Positions 53,301 through 59,300 of a stretch of 64,000 nt of DNA are shown here, piece after piece. A program made the translations under genes and the position numbers. This stretch comes from Burkholderiales bacterium (GTDB taxonomy: Bacteria > Patescibacteriota > Minisyncoccia > Phycocordibacterales > UBA9973): assembly GCA_023701005.1 (NCBI GenBank), contig JAMPXW010000002.1:177167-241166 (forward strand). The letters run 5' to 3'. Numbering within the stretch: position 1 is the first letter of the stretch; each line of letters opens with the position of its first letter. Below the pieces are notes generated by a model that worked only from the letters and a program-made list of their open reading frames with translations, was not told where the DNA came from and searched no databases.

Positions 53301-56300
53301 TCTCTCAAAGCACTACCGGGGTAGGAACTGTCGCAACGAATGGAACGACGACATTAACGGGGACAGGAACACAATTTACAAATACTTTTAAAGTTGGAGA
53401 CACTATCACAGTATCTGGAGAAACAGTCAGAACTATCGCTACTATCGTAAGTGATACAAGTTTGGCTACGACTGTTGCCTTCACTACTACTGCTTCCTCT
53501 CTTTCATACACTCTTACTGGTGGAGATAGATTTGTTGTTAAGGGTAATGGAAATGTGGGCATAGGGACGACAGCGCCAAATAAAACATTACACGTAATAG
53601 GTGATGTTCGTGGTGGAGCTTATTATAATAATAATTCTGGGGATGGTTGGTTAATTAATCAAGATTCAGGAACAAATAGAGGATTATATTATTACAATAC
53701 AGCAGGTACGTGGGACTTATTTGACGGAGGAACTTCAAAAATTAGTATGGGTATTAATGGAAATATTCAAATGGACGGAATACTCACAGTAAGCGGTACA
53801 GGAAATACCACAATCGCCGGCAACGTCGGTATCGGGACGACGGCACCAGGAGCAAAACTTCAAGTTCAGGGTGCAATAAAAATACAAAATATAGTACCTT
53901 CATCTCCAGATCAAAACTTTAGAAGAATGATAAATGTCGCTTCATATCAAGGCGGAGGAACAATACGAACTGGAATCCTTACTGTAAAATTACCTACTCC
54001 CCTTGTTCATTCAATGGGAAAAATAAAAATAAGTGGTTGGAGTTATGGGCAATCTTGGGAAATTGATGTATCGGGATATATGCACCCTGGCACTGGTAGC
54101 GGATGGACACAAGTCGGTGGAACCGTTGTTTCAGGAAATCCACCATTCTCCCCGCATCAAGTAAAACTCGTCGCAGAAACGACAACTACAGATACTTTCT
54201 ATGTTTTGCTTGGTAATGCATCAACAAATTGGGGATATTATGCTAGCGTCGGTGTCGATGTTGATAGCTATTATTCAGACGGTCTTGGGTCAACTGGATG
54301 GGATATTAGTATCGCTGCCGCAGAACCAGCTTATGACACCTCGATCGTTCCAACAGTTTCTTCATATGGAAGTAGCAATGCTTTAATTTCTGGCAACGTG
54401 GGTATCGGGACGACAGCACCAATAAGAACTTTAGAAGTAAATGGCGGGATACAAGCATCCTCTGCTGGTTTTTATTTAGGTACTAATAGTGCTTTAGCTC
54501 AAAGTTCTTCAACTATAAAATTAGGTTGGGTTGATAGAGGAGAATTAGCAAATACTTTTATAACTCAAATCTTTTCAGGAGGAACAGGAACGACAACAAC
54601 TCCAACGATGACATTAAACGGAAATGTCGGTGTTGGTATAACAAATCCTATATACAAACTTGATGTATCACAAACAACTGTAAACAATGGTTCAGGGGTA
54701 AATGTCGTAGTTGGTAATTTTAATTCTACTGTCACAGCAGGCTCAGGAGCAGCAAATGCTGGAAGTGCAATATTAAGAGTTTCCGTAGCAGGAGGCCCTC
54801 ATGCTACGGACATAGAACAAAATGATGGAGGTTCTGCTCCATTCAGATACGGAACATACATGGATACAAACATCGTAAATAAAGATGTAAGTTCTGGTGC
54901 TTATGGAAATATAAATTTCGTAACTGGAAGTAGTACCAGTACTTCTAGTGTGGTGATGACGATAGGTGGAGGAACACAAAAAGGATTTGTAGGAATAGGT
55001 GCCACACCTACTTCTAAATTAAGTATCCAAAATAATGGTGCTTCCGACAACATTCTAAGCAATTATGCTATTACAAACGGAAATAATGCCGCAACTTTCA
55101 GAACGAGTGACACTGGTCCAATATTCGGAATTCATGCACAAAACAATGGTGCTATCTATATAAAAGATACAAGCGATAACGTACTATTCTATGGTAGTAA
55201 CGGTGGCAACGTCGGTATAGGGACAACGGCACCAGGAGTGACTCTAGATGCCTATGGAAGAATTCGAGCAGGGACAAGCTATAGAACAACAATATTTGGA
55301 GACGGAACAGGCTCAAAAATAATGCTCGGCTCAGAGTCCGACGAGGATTCCTTGGCGGTAATTGGATCATTTGGTACATCTTTACAATTAGATAGTTACA
55401 ACGGTCCAATCGTATTTAAATATTCAAGTGCTGAAAAAATGCGAATAGGAACCGATGGCAACGTCGGTATTGGGACAACAGCACCTGCTTCTCGTTTGCA
55501 TGTATCTACGTTGAGTTCTAATGATGGAGCTTTAGGACAACGTTGGTCTTATAATGGAGGAGATAGTTCCTATTATTTAGATCTAAAACAGACGGTCACC
55601 GCTGGCATAGTACGATGGAATTTCTCACAACTTAATAATGGGACAGCATACAATAATGTATTGGTTCTAGATAGAGGCAACGTCGGCATCGGGACGACGG
55701 CGCCAGGAACAAAAGTAGACGTAATCGGTGGCGACTTGCAAGCAAGCGGATTCGGACATTTTAAAGGTTGGAATACTGCAGGAGCTACTGGCTTAGGATT
55801 AGATGTTGGTATAAGTTCAAATCAAGGTTATATTATGGCATATGATAGGACTGCCTCAACTTATTATCCACTTAGAATCGTAGCTTCTAACAACACAGGA
55901 TCTGATGGATTAACATTAGCAACAAATGGCAACGTCGGTATCGGGACAACGGCACCAAGTAGAAAATTAGATGTCGCTGGATCAATAGTTGTCTCTGCTA
56001 ATGAAGTATGGTTTGCAGATAATACCGTAGCTCGTTTTGGCAAACAGGCTGACCATGGAACAATAATAAAAGCAGCAACAGGTACAACAAACGATTTTGC
56101 ATTGGCCGCACCTACAGGTTCTATATTAATGCAAAACCCAACAGCAACAGCAAACCTAGCATTTATGGCTGGTAATCTTGGTATCAATACAACAAATCCA
56201 AAAAATAAGTTAGATATTTATTTCAGTTCAGGAAATTATAGTGCTACAGCTTACAACGCTTCCCCTCTTGTATTGAGCACTCCTGATTATGCAACAGATT

Positions 56301-59300
56301 CAAAATTCTCAGGAATAAGATTTACAAATGTTAGTGGCAATAGAGAATCAATGTTTGGCACAGTGCAAACATCCCAAAACCAAGCTGATTTTGTTTTCCA
56401 AGGTTACAATGCAACAGCAGTTGCCTATCAAGAATATTTGAGAATAAAAAATGACGGAAAAGTCGGTATCGGGACGACGGCACCATCAAGCAATCTAACG
56501 ATGGTTGGTGCTAATGGAGGAATGACTGAATTCAGTATTTTTGATTACGCAGGAACAGTCGCAGGTTTCCAAATCAGATATGATGACAGCACTGGTGCAA
56601 CTTATTTAGATAATAGATACGATAATGCAAGTGGAGATATATTTATAAGGACAAAAACTTATGGGACAGCCGTAAATGCACTTACAATAGAAAGTGCTGG
56701 AAACATCGGTATCGGGACGACAGCACCTGGAAGTATCTTGCATTTGAATGTAGCTTCAGGAGTCCCTTATCAAACATTTTCTGTCGCCAATACACCGTTT
56801 GGATATGTTGGGGCAGCGGGTGCATTTTTCTCTGGACAAGGAACTAATTTCGGATTATATGGTGGTGGTAGTAGTAATATTATGATTGGAGCTCGCAATA
56901 GTGCTGATCTTACAATAGCAACTTCTGGTAACGTCGGTATCGGGACGACGAGCCCAGGACAAAAATTAAGTGTTGTTGGAAATATTGACCTCAGCGGTTC
57001 TATCGGCGGAACTGGTATGTTGTATATAGGAAAATCTGGAACAAAAACTGGCTTAGCTTATGATTCTTCAAATCAAAATTACGGTATCTTTTATACAGAA
57101 GGAGCTACCGATGCTGTTTCTATAGCTCCTAACGGTGGAGGAGACACGACTCCTGTCGCATACTTTAGTGGTAATGGCAACGTCGGCATCGGGACGACAG
57201 CACCAGCATCAGCTCTGTCTCTCGTTGGAGATATCGCCCTAACCTCTGGCGGTTATATATATGGAGACAACACAGATCCACATATTAAATTACATGCTGC
57301 ATTTGGTGCTATTATTGGATATTCAACAAATGAACTTTATATAGGTAGCGATTACAGCTTTTTGACTAATGGAACAACAAAAATGAAATTAAAAAATAAT
57401 GGCAATCTTGGTATTGGAACTGCTTCTCCTACTGCGAACTTGCAAGTCGCACAGATTTCTTCTGGGGTTGGAACTGTTTCAAACACCGCAGGTGGAACAA
57501 CAGTCACTGGAGTCGGCACACAATTCTTAAATACTTTCAAGGTTGGAGACACTGTGACGATCGGAGGGCAAACAGTCGCTATTTCTGCGATAGCGAGTGA
57601 CACTAGTATGACAACTGCAGCCATAACAAATGCAAACACAAATGTTGCATACACATTGACAGGAGCTGTAAGATTTTCAGTTTTAGGAAATGGCAATGTG
57701 GGAATAAGTACTACAGCACCTGGAGAATTATTATCTCTCGGTACAGCAGGCACCACAAAAGGTGTGCTTTCATTAGCAGGAAATACTTCTGGAAAAATAA
57801 TTATCCAACCAGCAGCCGCTGCAGGAACATACACACTCACCCTCCCTACTACCGATGGAGATGCCAGCCAAGTGTTGACGACTGATGGATCTGGAGTTTT
57901 GTCTTGGGCTTCAGCAGGAGGATCTTCTCAATGGACGACGACTGGTTCAAATATTTATTACAATACTGGTAATGTCGGCATCGGGACGACAGCACCAACT
58001 GCCAGACTTCATATAAAAGAAGCAATTTCTACCACAGTTGAAGGCTTAAGAATAGAAGATTCAACTGCGACGGGTGGATATTTAAAACTTTCAGATGCCT
58101 CTAGTGTAAGTGGACATTTCATTCCTTCTTTCTGGTCAAAAGGAATAGGTACAGGAGCAGCAGACAGAAATGGTTTTATGATAGTGGCTGAACCAGGGGA
58201 AGATGGAGCAGATGATGCAGGCATAGTATTGAATGCTCGTCTGAATGGTGCTGCTTTAACAAATGCTTCGGTATTAAAAATACAAAATTATGCTACTGAA
58301 CTAATGAGAATTGGTGCTAGTGGAAATGTCGGAATTGGAAACACAAATCCAGGATACAAATTAGATATTGCCGGAAATATAAATCTCCAAGCATCAGGGT
58401 ATCTAAGAACAGGTTCAGGTGACACAGAAATAGGTGCCTCAAGTACAGATTGGTATGTAAAAACATATGGTGGAGGAGCATTAACAGAAAGAATAAGAGT
58501 AACGAGTACAGGAAATGTAGGAATAGGAACCAACAGTCCACTAGAAAAATTAACTGTCCAAAACGGTAGCATCCTTGCTTCTAATGGAACAATATATGCA
58601 CAACCACAATCATTAACAATTTTTTCCAACTCAGCATCTACTTCAAACTCTCCAACTGGATATGTTTACCAATCATTCACGCCAACAACTGATATGCTAG
58701 CCACCGCATTAAGTGTAAATTTGTATAAACCTGGAGGTATTAGTACAATTTATTATATCTATACAGCAAACGGTGATGCTCCAGACCAATCATTGGGATT
58801 TGCTATGTCAGGGACAACAGAAGTTATGGGGTGGACTAGATTAAATCTTGATACCCCAATAGCTCTTAAAGGTGGAACAAAATACGTTTTATATGTAATG
58901 CAATCTTCAGGATATATAAAATACTCAAATACAGATGTATATTCTGGTGGTGTTTCAAGCGTGGGAGCAAGTAATGATATGCTATTTCGAATAGAGGGTT
59001 CTGTATCTAATGTAATCTCTGCTTTTTCAACGTCTACAACAAATGGATCAGCTAACTCTTACCAATCATTCACAACAACAACCGATATGCTCGTTACTGC
59101 AATCAGTGCAAATATTTACAAACCTGGTGGAAATTATGCATATTATTACATCTATACAGCAAACGGTGATACCCAAGACCAAGCATTGGGCTATGCGATA
59201 TCAGGGACAGCAGAGGCTGGAGGGTGGACTAGACTAGAATTGCCTAGCCCCATAGCCTTAAAAGCAAATACAAAATATGTCTTATATTTCACTATTACTG

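Noticed and set aside
51119-53848. Diversity-generating retroelement TR/VR pair
   Set aside because: Differences are mostly synonymous and not adenine-specific, both copies are coding, and there is no reverse transcriptase in the window.
38925-58530. CRISPR array
   Set aside because: Repeats are degenerate and in frame, spacers are about 170-1000 bp of coding DNA, and there are no cas genes.
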